Source of the DNA: the human T2T-CHM13v2.0 reference genome, Homo sapiens
Reading direction: 5' to 3' (one strand)
DNA: 64,000 bases
NCBI RefSeq assembly: GCF_009914755.1
Contig: NC_060933.1
Within the stretch, counting starts at the first letter, position 1. Every line of letters begins with the position of its first letter. Below the pieces are notes generated by a model, which worked only from the letters and a program-made list of their open reading frames with translations, was not told where the DNA came from and ran no database searches. Both the position numbers and the translations under genes were made by a program. Of this stretch, positions 44,775-56,746 are shown piece after piece.

Positions 44775-45374
44775 ACATTCAAAGACCTACAAAATAGGAC
44801 AGGGAACTTGTATTTAGACTATACTGTCTAAATGCAACGTATTTATGCTAGTTATTTGTGTGTTATAGAGAATATAGTGATATTGATATACTTTAAGTCA
44901 TTTATGTACATCGGGAAGAGGAAAAAAAAAGTTACCCAATTCAATGGAAGTCAAACGAAGAAGCAGAACAGAGCTACCAGAAAAACATGATAAGAGTTAA
45001 AGAAGATGGGAGCTCAAAGAGGAAAACTGTCACTGAATTTGGGGAACTTTTCCTTGCAAGCCAAGTTAACTTTTATTCAGATAGAATTCTCAGATGAAAA
45101 AGACAGAAATTATAGTCTATGGCTGACAAAATATAGAGAGTCTGCCCAGAGACTTTTGCTATTCTAAGCTAGAATCATAAGGTTAATACACTCCAATGAA
45201 GGAGAAAACAAGAACCAGCTCTTGAGCATACTTGAAGTCTGGGACCAAATCTGAGTTGTTCAGATACTCATATTTTCACCCTGATTTAAGATGATCTGAT
45301 ATGGGTAATGCTTGCATAAGCAAAACTTCTGGAGGAACTTATCTCCATAGTAGACAACAAGGTAATCTTAAACT

Positions 45375-45495
45375 ATCCTGACACTAATTGGGTGTATAAA
45401 CTTGGCCAAGTCATTTTTCCCTTTGAGTCTCAGTTTCCTCAACTGTAACGTGAATATGAAAGTAACTAACTTGTAGGTCTGTATTAAAAATAAAG
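45375..45495 (+). mobile_element. MIR core fragment
   Basis: CTTGGCCAAGTCA..TGAGTCTCAGTTTCCTCAACTGTAA. Confidence 0.75.
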
Positions 45496-47119
45496 TCAAT
45501 TATTTTGGTAAATCATTTGTATGCAATATAGCATACATGAGAGAGAGAGAGAGAGTTTGTGTGCATGTGTTTAGAGAGACATGGAGAGAGAGACACACAT
45601 ACACAGAGAAGAATCAGTATATTGTTAAGGATAACAACATCCAGAAACAAATCGACAGACAAGAAAAACAATTTAAATAATAGAATTATCAGACAGAAGT
45701 TAAAGAACAAAACATAGGCTTAAAGATGCACATAGGAAAATACAAATATGATCATGGTAGATTTAGAAAGGAAATACCTGCTAGAAGTAACAGAGAACTA
45801 CTAGAAAATTAACGAAGTGCAGTAGGAAGAAAGAAAATAAATTATTGAAGAAAAGTTTCAAGATACAAAGGATAGAGTTAAACGTTAATATGTGTCTAAA
45901 CTTTACCAGGAAAAGAGAGACAAAGGCAATAACTAAGGAAATAATAGAGAATGTTTTTAGTACTGATTGAAGACAGATATAAGCAGATTTAAGAAGGTCA
46001 ACAAATTCTGAGTGGAGTAAGAAAAGTACAATGAAGAAAACAAAAGACAAAGCCAAAATTCTGTAAAGCAGCCTGAAAATAAGGCTTATTACCATTAAAT
46101 AACAACATTTCAGTCTATAGAAACTTACATCCTAGGAGAGGGAATACTTTAAATAAAAAAGTAATGGATGAAAAGAGAAAAATTCCATCAAGTGGGATAA
46201 CTGTTATCCATAAAGAAGTAGCAGGTGAGATGGGGAGTAAAAAAACAAACATATATAAATCCTCTTATTTTATATATTATAGCTCAATTTTATTCCCATC
46301 TTTGATAATCCAAAAATTATACACTGATCAATATATCTGTTCTAAATGTTAAGATTCCAACAGGTAGATCATGTCTCTCAAAATGTGTTGCACATTGCCT
46401 CAACTGGAGGTTCATGATGCATATTAAAATAAGAAAGGCTTAGAGAATTCTTACAGCAAGGAAAACAATGTAAGTTTATTTAATTTAGTGTTTTAGCTAT
46501 ATATTTAATAATTATTTTAGGTAGGCAGTTGTTTAAAGACAATAGAAATTACTTGGAATTTAAAGCAAGCAAAAATGAATGCGTTGGAAAAGCACAACGC
46601 AGCTCTTAGAATTGAAAAAAAAAGTAGGTGAACCAGCCTCAGGCAGTAATCAGAGAGCAAGTCAGAACTAGTATCAGAAAAAGGAAGTTCTGCTTTTCAT
46701 GTGGCTATTGTCCTGTCAGTCATGACCGCTGGCCACTGCCAGCAAAGCATGCACAGGCATTTTCTGGAATGCTGCTGGGCTCTGCTTTAGCTTGTCACTT
46801 CCCACTTTACCATTGGATTCAAAAAATCTATCCATCTGACAGGAATAATTTCAGACTCTCTGCCTACTTCTTACCTTGCAAGGTTAAAAATGCAAGGAAT
46901 GAGTGGCTATTCTTGGGTCTCTGGTTTACATTTTAGCCTCCAGTTGGTGGGAAGAGAAAAATCTACTCACAAACAGCTTCAAAACGGAAAGGTCCTATAT
47001 TGGCATTCCTACATAAAAGAAAGTACTGGGGGGCTTGACAAATGGACATTTGTCTTCAAAGAACACATTTTCTCCTTTAGACAAAGTTTGCACTTATATA
47101 GCACAATTAACCTACTTCT

Positions 47120-47703
47120 TATCAATCAATAAAATGAAGAGACAATTACAGAACAGGATAAGGTGTTTGCAAACTATGTATTCAACAAGGTTTGATATCC
47201 AGAATATATAAGGAACTCAAAAAACTCAATAGCAAAAGAAAAAGTTGACTAAAAAATGGACAAAAGAAGACATACAAATGGCCAAAAAATATATAAAGAA
47301 ATGCTCAACATCATTAAGCCTCAGAAAAATGCAAAACAAAACCGCAATGAGCTATTACCTTATCCCAGTTTAAATGATGGATATTATCAAGAAGACAAAA
47401 TATAACAAATGGAAACGATAATGTGGAGAAAGAGGAATGTTATACACTGTTGGTGGGAATTTAAAATAGTATAGCTGTTATGAAAAGCAGTATGGAGTTT
47501 CCACAAAAAATAAAAAAGAGAACTACTATATTACCCAGCAATCCCACTACTGGGTACGTAATCAAAAAAAATGAAATTAGTATGTCAAAGAGACATCTGC
47601 ACCCAGGGATATTGAAGCATCATTCAAAATAGCCGTGATATGGAATCTGCCTAAATGCTCATCTAACAACAAATGGATAAAGAAAATGTGGTGTATAAAT
47701 GTA

Positions 47704-47751
<48 letters not shown>

Positions 47752-47915
47752 ATCTATCTATTTATCATCTATCTATCCACCCCTCCAGAACAATATTCAG
47801 CCATAAAATGCTGTTATTTTTAGCAATGTGGATGAAGTTGGAGGACACTTTGTTAAGTGAAATAAGCCAGGCACAGAAAGACAAGCACTGCATGATCAAA
47901 TTCATATCTGGAGTT
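47120..47915 (+). mobile_element. L1MA-type ORF2 3' end fragment
   Basis: ATCCAGAATATATAAGGAACTC, TACACTGTTGGTGGGAAT, CCCAGCAATCCCACTACTGGG, TAAGTGAAATAAGCCAGGCACAGAAAGAC. Confidence 0.88.
47704..47778. repeat. (TATC)n microsatellite within the L1
   Basis: About 12 pure units followed by an interrupted tail. Confidence 0.92.
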
Positions 47916-50206
47916 TTAAGGATATGGAGAAAGATGTTAGGTTTTTTCCTTGTGTGAACAATATTTAAAATTATTATATTTGGAGAGATAACTAGAATAC
48001 TTCTGCCAACTTAACTATGACCCATTGAATTGCTCTGAATTATAAATCAGATACTCTGAATTAGCACTTCACTACCATTTTTAAATCTACAGCATTTATA
48101 TAAATTAATAACTGCTGTAGAGCATACTACTCATGGCTGAAAAAAGTGACCTGATGATTCGAGCTATCTAAGACCCACCTGATGTCTGACAGCACTAAGG
48201 ATCAAGCTATCACCTCTCCCTTAACACATCTTTCACACCAGTGTGCTAGAGCAGATAGCTGAAAAGTTTTCCCTAAGCCAGAGATCATTCTGACAAGGCA
48301 TGTGGAACAATGGAGATGTCAGCATGCTTTCAAGACAAGTAACAGTAATCCTGGCTGTTAACTTGCTTTAATAATAATGAATTCTTTTATCAAGTCCTGA
48401 GGAATGAGGGCTTCCAGGTGCCGTATTTCCAGGTGCTTATCAGAATTTTTCTTTGCTGATAAGAACAATTGTTGCAGCATGCTTTGCTAATCATATACAG
48501 AAAGACAAGAAATTTATATTCTAATAATAGAACACAAGTCCATCTCTTGCATCTGATTTAGCCAGATTAAGTCACCTTTCCACCAATATCAATCTGGAAG
48601 TGATATCATGAACTAAATGGTGTCAACCTGGGGTTTGTATTATATCTCGACAAAGGAAAAGAAGTTGCCATCATTGGCAAGGTACATACAGGATACATCT
48701 CTGTTTCGGCAGATGGGATGAGATTTCCCTGATTCTCCTACACTGCAGAGGGTAGAGGGAGGTATTTATATAATACACAGAATTTTAATTGAAGAAGCAA
48801 AGAGGAATGGATTAATGGGATTAATAGTGTTTATCCAATACAAGATAAAAAACAACATATTATTGTTTGTATCGTGATGGTTCTAGAATAAAACACATCA
48901 TTTCTCTAATTTTAGTTAGATCTTTGCTGAAAGAAAAAGATAAATAAAATACCCTACAGTTTATCCATATCCATGTTCTTCTACACTAAATATTCATCTT
49001 TGATTAGTTATTTTTAACTATATTTGATTTCTTTATAAATTACATTTTGAAACTTTAAACACATAAAGACATTGTTTCCCCTTAAAAGATTTTTCTTTTC
49101 CTTTCTTTTGTTTTTTTAATCTAAAACTTACTTTCAAAAACAATGACTTTCATAAACTTGCAACTTGTTAAATATAGTATTTTTATTAACATTCTAGTTT
49201 GTAACACAAGGCAAAACCTAAACACTTACCATTTATAAATAATGGGTAATACTGTTTCAACTTAACCTTGAGAATGTAGAAAAAAAATTGAGTCCAGTCT
49301 GATAGCAACCAAAAGATCTCAGAAACAGTAATCTTAATGCTCGCCTGGCAGACACAATCTGCACAGAACTTAATCAAAATAAGATTAAAAGTCCATAGCA
49401 ATTTCCTTGAGTGGCCAGTCAGATATCCCCCATTACAGTCACCAACCAGCCTGCCCCTGGGGCCTATTTCAGAAATAAATTGGTTTGTAGATGAGCTGAT
49501 GCAGAAGAAGGAAAAAAAAAATGTTTTCTTGAGACTGTACCTAAATCTTATCAAGTAATACAGGGAAGCTTCAAAGTCTTTTTATTCTGAAATGTTATTT
49601 TATTCTGCTTTATATCATCTTAAATTTATTAGTATTATATTAAATATTAGTTTATGTAAGCTTATTATTTGACTCTGTATAGGATATAATAGATGGCATT
49701 GAATATTTAATAAGATAGCAACAGCAATAACACCTGGGAAATTGTTCAGGGAAGGATTCTATTCAGTTATTAAAAGATTTGCATACTTATTTCACTAATA
49801 TTACTAGCAATCACAAGCATTGGGTAACGCTAGACAAATCTGCAAGAGGTACCGTTATTCCAGCACCTTAAAAACATTTTTCAATCTGAAAGATACTTCT
49901 AGATGTTTTTTTCCATAACAGAGCAGATGATTTCTAAGTGTTTATATCACTGAAACTTCACAGTATTAGTGGAATATGTTATCCTTTATACCAAAAGTAA
50001 TCAGATTATTTTATAAAGCAATTATCAATTAAAAGTAGATTACTAAGAACATACTGTATAAAATGCCTTATGGGCTATTAATTCTGCATGCATTGCCACA
50101 TTTGATTGTCTCAAAAAACCTCCTGAAATATGTATTCTTAACACACTTTTATTGAGAACATTATGAGTAATAAAAGTTGAAAGATTTTCCCAAAGATGTA
50201 CAAGTA

Positions 50207-50797
50207 AAACAGGTCCTCAAATAAAGTTGTTTTATTCAATGTTGTTTTGCTATAATGTAGATGAGAATAAATATTGATTCCTGGACAGGGCTACCATCTG
50301 TGTAGGGTCTGCATGTTCTCCCCATGCCTGCATGGGTTTTCTCCAGGAACTCCTGCTTCCTCTCACATCCCCAAGATGTGCATGTCTGGTTAATTGGCAT
50401 TTCCCCACTGTGTGTCCCAATGTGAGTGAATGTGGTTGTGCCCTGCCATGGAATAGCATCCTGTGCAGGGTTTATTCCTGCATTGCATGCTGAGTAAGAA
50501 TAGGTTCTTGCCACCCGAGACTCTGAACTGGAATAATTGGGTAAATAATCATCTTACTTGTTTTTATCAATCTTTTTAAAAATGTATGTATACCTCACAC
50601 TTATTTCAGTGTTGAATGTTATAAGTGTTTTAGTCTCCATTTAGAAGTACAGTGATAATATTGTGACCAGAAATATGCAGTAGGAACTTATATCTTGTTG
50701 TATCAATTGGCCTATGGTAAAATTTGTTTCATTGTTCACCATTTTGCTGATAGTTGCAGTTTCCAATAATCTACTGATATTAAATGTGGACTTACTA
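50207..50797 (+). mobile_element. MER6A (TcMar-Tigger non-autonomous)
   Basis: CAGGTCCTCAAATAA start after TA, TGCATGTTCTCCCCATG..TGGGTTTTCTCCAGG core, ends GGACTTACT; ~590 bp. Confidence 0.85.
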
Positions 50798-50950
50798 TGT
50801 AAACAATAGCAAGGATCCTAAATCCTAGGTCATATCTAAGTTTAAATGGCTTGACACCAAGTCAGAATTGCCTTATGACCATGCTCTTATAAGTGTTTCA
50901 TTTTTTAAAACAGTGCAAACTGAATTTTGCATGAGAATTATCATTAAAAA

Positions 50951-51076
50951 AATTTTTGCTACAGATAGGATCTTGCTATGTTGCCCAGGTTGACCTTGAA
51001 GTTCTGGGTTCAAATGATCCTTTTGCCTCAGCATCCAGTGTACCTGGGACTACAACTGTGTGCCACCATACCCAGG
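50951..51076 (-). mobile_element. FLAM (free left Alu monomer)
   Basis: Monomeric TCTTGCTATGTTGCCCAGG..CTGGGACTACA..TGCCACCATACCCAG. Confidence 0.8.
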
Positions 51077-51080
51077 GCTG

Positions 51081-53066
51081 CAGGAAAAGTTGTTATGTAA
51101 AGCAGTGATTTATGAAAATAAGACTTTATTTGGGCAACATAGAAAATGTAAACAAAAAGAGTTGCTCAACATAAAACTTACTCAAGTCACAATTTACCTC
51201 TGACATGACATATTTCCATCCACTTCAGAAAAAAAATGTGTATACCTTTTTATTTCTTTTTTTCTTTTCTTTCCTTTTTTTTTTTTTTTTAGACGGGCTG
51301 GAGTGCAGTCACAGCTCACTGCACCTTTGAGCTCCTGGGCTAAAGTAATCTTCCTTTCTCAGCCTCCTGAGTAGTTAGAACTAAGACATGCACCACCATG
51401 TCTGGCTAATTTTTAACACTTTTTTGTGGAGATGGAGTCTCGCTATGTTGCCCAGGCTGGTCTTGAACTTCTGGCCACATGCTATCCTCTCACCTCGACC
51501 CCCCAAAGTACTTGGATTATCGGCTCAAGTACTTAGATGTATTAACCAGGATCACAGAGAGCTTGATTTTGTAAGTTTGAGTTAGCATGTAATAACTGCA
51601 GTTGATTTTGATGCATGTATTTAATGAGAATCATTGCTTTAGACTATATGATATTTGAAACAAAAGAGCAATAGGACTGCATGGCACAATATAAAGTCTG
51701 TTATGACATAGTGACTTTAATATATTTTAATTAAAATTATAATAGTAAAAGCTAAAAATGACAAGACAATTGTTAGAAATCATATCACAACAGCATAATC
51801 ATGTATCCATAAGTGATTGATACAATAACATGAACTGACATTTTGCTGCAATATTAATCAGTTAATACAGGTTTTTAGGTTTCAGTTAACTGGTTAATCA
51901 TAAAATATTATATAAAAAATTATCAAATTGTGTAAGTCATCTCACTGTATTCTAAAATTTATGTTATTTTATATTTCTAATCTATGTTTTGCAGAGATCA
52001 TGAAAATTTTACTGGGTAACTGAAGAAGAATTGTCCCAAGGACTTGAATAAATGTTAATGTTCATAACAGTATGTTCTAAAAAGAAATTTAAGTAAAAAA
52101 GGAAAAAACATATTTCATTTTAAAAATATCTACCCATGCACATCATTCATCTAAAAAACCCATTTAATATAATCATCTAGTTATGTAAAGATATACCCAA
52201 TAGCTACTTAAAATAGAAATATTCTATTTCATTATTAGAAATTATTATTTTAAAAGGTTGTTAAAACATCAAAAATATGCTTATTTCTAGTAACCAGAGA
52301 ACACAGCAGGGTTATGAAACTTTGGATTCCTGTTTGATTTGGCAGGTAACTAGATTAACAAAAATACAAGGTTTTGAGTTTCAAAACAGAATAGCATATT
52401 TAAAAAATACTTGGTGGGTGTCTGGCAATTGAGAGACCTTAGTAGCACAATCATTGGTCTTCACAATCACTGCCAGGTACTCTTTCAAACTAGCTTGAAT
52501 AACTGCAAAACACATTATCAACCCAGCTTCTTTTTGCTGGACCTGGGCATATATAAACTGATTAGATTTAAAAATAGAAAAAATAGAGTTTTTTCAGTTG
52601 TGTTTGAAGAGGTGAACCCTTGGACTCAAAATCTCTCAAAAGTCCTGTCTTTCGCTTCAGAATCTGCATTAATTTGCACAGGAATATACTTCTGTGTTTT
52701 AATAAACCCATGCAATTTTTCTGTTTTCATCTTGCAAGTAATGACAGCTTTGTTCTCAAACCAATTTTGTTTTTTATAGATTTTACCCTGATATATAATG
52801 AAGAGACAATTGCATGATCTGTGTAGAAATTCTTCCTCTAAACTAAATTATACTACCTTAGAAATCTGACATGAAAGTACCAAAACTATGTAAATTGACC
52901 TCACCAAGAAAATTATTACATAAAACAGTGATTCATGGAAATAAGACTTGATTTGGGCAACATAGAAAGTATTAAAACTAAAAAGGAGTTGCTTGAGATA
53001 AAATTTACCCAAGTGACAATTTTACCTGTGACAAACATATTTCCATCCACTGCAGAAACAAATGTG
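51081..53066. repeat. Dispersed direct repeat pair, ~160 bp (51081-51240 and 52905-53066)
   Basis: Shared ATTTGGGCAACATAGAAA (51128, 52951), ACAATTTACCT and ACATATTTCCATCCACT. Confidence 0.9.
51247..51526 (-). mobile_element. AluJ with deletions
   Basis: Poly-T, CACAGCTCACTGCA, CTCCTGGGCT, TCGCTATGTTGCCCAGGCTGG. Confidence 0.88.
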
Positions 53067-53509
53067 TTTAGTTTATTAAAGTATATGTTTAACAGCAAAA
53101 AATAAATAGAATAAATTTATTATCCCTATCCAGTGACAAACACAATTTTAAAATAAAAATGAAAACATCCTGCTTATATTTGCTATACTATTTCATGCAT
53201 TAGGCTAAGATATATGGTTATTTCCATGCTTTCAGGATGTGTTTAACAAATCTCTTATACATTTTCCCATTGTTGTCATTTTGATATCTTGAATATAATA
53301 TTAAATAAACATTTCTACAAATAATTTGAACCTCAAAGTTTCATAAACATCTATCCTTCAATATTTAGGCCTAAAAAGTAATCTCCATTATCTATCAAAT
53401 TCTAAATTTGAACTTACTATGGTTTACTCCTACTTTTTAATTATTACTTTGGTTAAAGATACTTCATGATATTATTAAGTTCCTTACTAATAATGTATAT
53501 GGTTGTATT

Positions 53510-53720
53510 ACATTCATTTATCCATCAAGACTAACTTTGAGCTACTATGAAATATAATTCAAATCATTCACATAATATCTAATGAATGATTACTATAATA
53601 CAAAGCACTATACTAGGTTTCATAAGTGATACAAAAACAAGTGCAACCGCCTCAGTAACCAACACATTTGCAGTCTAATAGAGGAAAACAAGCCCTGTTA
53701 TAAGAATAATTATAGTAAAA
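53510..53720 (-). mobile_element. L2 3' end remnant
   Basis: CATTCATTTATCCATC...AAGCACTATACTAGG...GCAGTCTAATAGAGGAAAACA. Confidence 0.5.
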
Positions 53721-53843
53721 GGCTATATAAAATACAATCCATTTTGAGACACACCTTCAACTCTATTTGCTAATTCTCATTTTCACTCTTTAGTTTATTT
53801 TTAGATTAAATAGTTATTTTCACAAATCAGTCTGAGGACAGAG

Positions 53844-53881
53844 TTTTTTGTTTTGTTTTGTTTTGTTTTGTTTTGTTTTTG
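53844..53881. repeat. (GTTTT)n
   Basis: Directly visible. Confidence 0.9.
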
Positions 53882-54599
53882 TGAGTCATCAGCACTATGC
53901 AATTGCATATACCTGTTGTGTTTAGTCTACAAAGGCTGAACATCATGTAATAGTTTTTATGCATTTTGTTCATAGGTTACTGGGTGCTTTAAGGCAAAAC
54001 TGAATGAGTTTCCAATAGTCAGTACAAAACTACAAGAAATACAGGCACAAAGTGCCTGGGGTTATCCTCAGATGAAGTTAGATTTGAATTGCATTCAATA
54101 ACCTTTTTTACAATGTGTAGATGCTCAAAGCAAATACAATAGTTTCTCTTTGCCTCTGTGACTTGAGTTCATAGTGTTGTGTTTAAATATAACTTTTGTA
54201 ATGTCTACTTCACTGAAGAAACTTTTAAAAAATTTGACTTATAATGGTTTTCTGTAATAACCTATGGTGCTTGGTTTGTAAAGTAAAACAGGAACTCAAT
54301 TTAGTACCTACTGAATAATAACATTTTTTAACTGAGATTCCACTCATAAGGCACCTAAATTTTTAAAGTTAAAACATATTATATTGACATTAAATTTAAA
54401 AAGAATAAACAAGTTAGAGAAGAAATAAAAAAAAAATCTTCAGAGAATAAACTGCTTCCAAGTATACAAGTACTAAAGAGGCTACACACTGGTATGCTCA
54501 TTATAAATAAAAACACTCATTCATGTAATTTTATCTCATTACTACATATTTAAAATAATCTCTTATCATTATAGTAGGCCATCATTTTCCAAATAGCAT

Positions 54600-55172
54600 C
54601 AAGAATCCTTATTTTGAAATAGTAATCAGATCATGTAGTTCTCCTGATCAGATCTCTTCACACTCTAGAATAAGATGCATACCTTCATTTTAGCTTTTAG
54701 ACTTTTTTCTGATCTAGCTCTAGATTATTGTTTGATCTCATTTTTACTATTCTTCTCATTGCTCATTCAATTCAATTTCAAGCATAATGATTTTTTGCTC
54801 TTTTGGGAATACACTAGCTTTTTGATTTCATTAGAGCCTGTACACTTCCATCTTCCTGAAATGTTCTTCCCCAAATTTATGTATAGCTTATTTTCTCTCT
54901 TTGTTCAGGGCTCAGTGTAATTGTAGATTGTTCTCTACCTTGAATATGTCTTACCCCTCATTTGACTGGTTTTCCTTCATACCAATTATTTGTATTCTAA
55001 AATATTTTATATTTTTCTGTTGACTTGTTCACTGAGTTCCTTCCTCTAAAATGTAGCTTCATGAGGGCGATATTTTGTTAAAATTGTATGCTACTGTATC
55101 ACTAGAACTGAGAACAATGCCTGAACAGAGTAGCTACTCATGACTCATTGGCTAAAACAAGTTAATGAATGA
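54600..55172 (+). mobile_element. L2a-type 3' end
   Basis: TCAGATCATGT, AATGTAGCTTCATGAGGGC, GAACAATGCCTG, AATGAATGA terminus. Confidence 0.75.
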
Positions 55173-55529
55173 GAACAGGCAGGTAGAAAGCCAGGAAGGA
55201 AAAGAGGATATTATATTAAGTTGAATGAGGGATTAAATGAATATAAATAAGCTGAAAGTAGCATAGGTTATGCAATATGCTTAATAAAGTATGTTTGTCT
55301 ATTTTCGTTATGTAATCCAAAACCTGGCTGACCACAAAACTTGCTTTTTATTCACTTTCTCTTTCTTCCCTGTTTAGTGCAGCATAAAATTAGTTATCGA
55401 TTTTATCTCTTAACGCTCCACCTCTATTAGTGAAAGGATCTTCTCTTATCATATTTCCAGTCCAAAGTTCAGTGGAAACTTTTTACACTCTTACAGTCTA
55501 TTTGAAATCCTTATATCATAAACATACCA

Positions 55530-56746
55530 GCACTTATCCCAGCACTATTCACAGTAGCAAAGATATTGAATCAACCTAAGTGTCCGCCAATAGATGATTT
55601 GATAAAGAAAATGTGAGATGGTACCATCTCACTCCAGTTAGAATGGAGATCACTAAAAAGTCAGAGAACAACAGATACTGGAGAGAATGTGGAGCAATAG
55701 GAATGCTTTTACACTGTTGGTGGGAGTGTAAATTAGTTTAACCATTGTGGAAGACAGTGTGGAAATTTTTCAGGGATCTAGAACTAGAAATACCTTTTGA
55801 CCCAGCAATCCCATTACTGGGTATATGCCCAAAGGATTATAAATCATCCTACTCTGAAGACACATGCACACATATGTTTATTGCAGCACTGTTGACAATA
55901 GCAAAGACTTGGAACCAACCCAAATGCCCACCAACGATAGACTGGATAAAGAAAATGTGGCACATATGCATCATGGAATACTATGCAGCCATAAAAAATG
56001 ATGAGTTCATGTCCTTTGCAGGGACATGAATGAAATTGGCAAACATCATTCTCAGCAAGCTAACACAAGAACAGAAAACCAAACACTGCATGCTCTCACT
56101 CATAAGTGGGAGCTGAACAATGAGAATACATGGACACAAGAAGGGGAACATCACACTCCACAGCCTGTCAGAGGGTGAGGGGCTAGGGGAGGGGTAGCAT
56201 TTAGAGAAAGACCTAATGTAGATGACAGGTTGATGAGTGCAGCAAACCACTATGGCACGTGTATACCTACATAACAAACCTGCAAGTTCTGCACATGTAC
56301 CCCAGAACTTAAAGTATAATAAAAAAGATTTCCACCTAAAGATAAGAAGATATGATGATATACACAGTGGAATACAATTCAGCCTTTAAAAATAATATAC
56401 TCATGAAACATGTATTTTGGAGCAGTTTGGATGGAACTGGAGGACATTATCTTAGATGAAAGTCAGACACAGAAAGACAGATACTGCATGTTCTCATTTA
56501 TAAATGGGAGGTAATTAATGCATTCACATGGACATAGAGTGTGCAATGATAGAGACTTGGACATGAAGACTTGGAAGAGTTGGGGGAGAGTGAGAGGGGA
56601 GTAAATGATAAGAAATTACTTAATAAGTACAAGGTATGCTTTTTAGGTGATGAATATGCTGAACATCCTGACTTCACTATGCAACCTATGGATGTAACAA
56701 AATTACAGTTGCACTCCATAAATTTATAGAAATAAAATAAAATAAA
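55530..56746 (+). mobile_element. L1MA-type 3' end (55530-55616 and 56341-56746) split by a nested L1PA7-like insertion
   Basis: GCACTATTCACAGTAGCAAAGATA..GATAAAGAAAATGTG resumes as ATACACAGTGGAATAC..ACAGAAAGACAGATACTGCATGTTCTCA. Confidence 0.8.
55613..56327 (+). mobile_element. 5'-truncated L1PA7-like
   Basis: ORF 55745-56029 is the ORF2 C-terminus ([16 protein letters not shown]) ending in a premature TGA; 3'UTR GCAAACCAC..CCCAGAACTTAAAGTATAAT. Confidence 0.9.

Larger units (their letters stand above)
43800..46120 (+). mobile_element. Highly degraded old L1M 5'/ORF1-type fragments (patchy, with nested LTR and MIR)
   Basis: A-rich strand with GAAAAAGCTGGATAAATT and ORF1-like AAGCAGATTTAAGAAG..AAAATTCTGTAAAGCAGCC text. 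Confidence 0.4.

Noticed and set aside
45513-46095. Hydrophobic F/L/I-rich ORFs resembling membrane peptides
   Set aside because: Antisense reading of A-rich old L1 and microsatellite sequence; a compositional artefact
49186-49554. 122-aa minus-strand ORF spanning candidate exon A
   Set aside because: No recognisable domain, starts at a non-ATG codon upstream of the acceptor, and splicing to exon B gives an immediate stop
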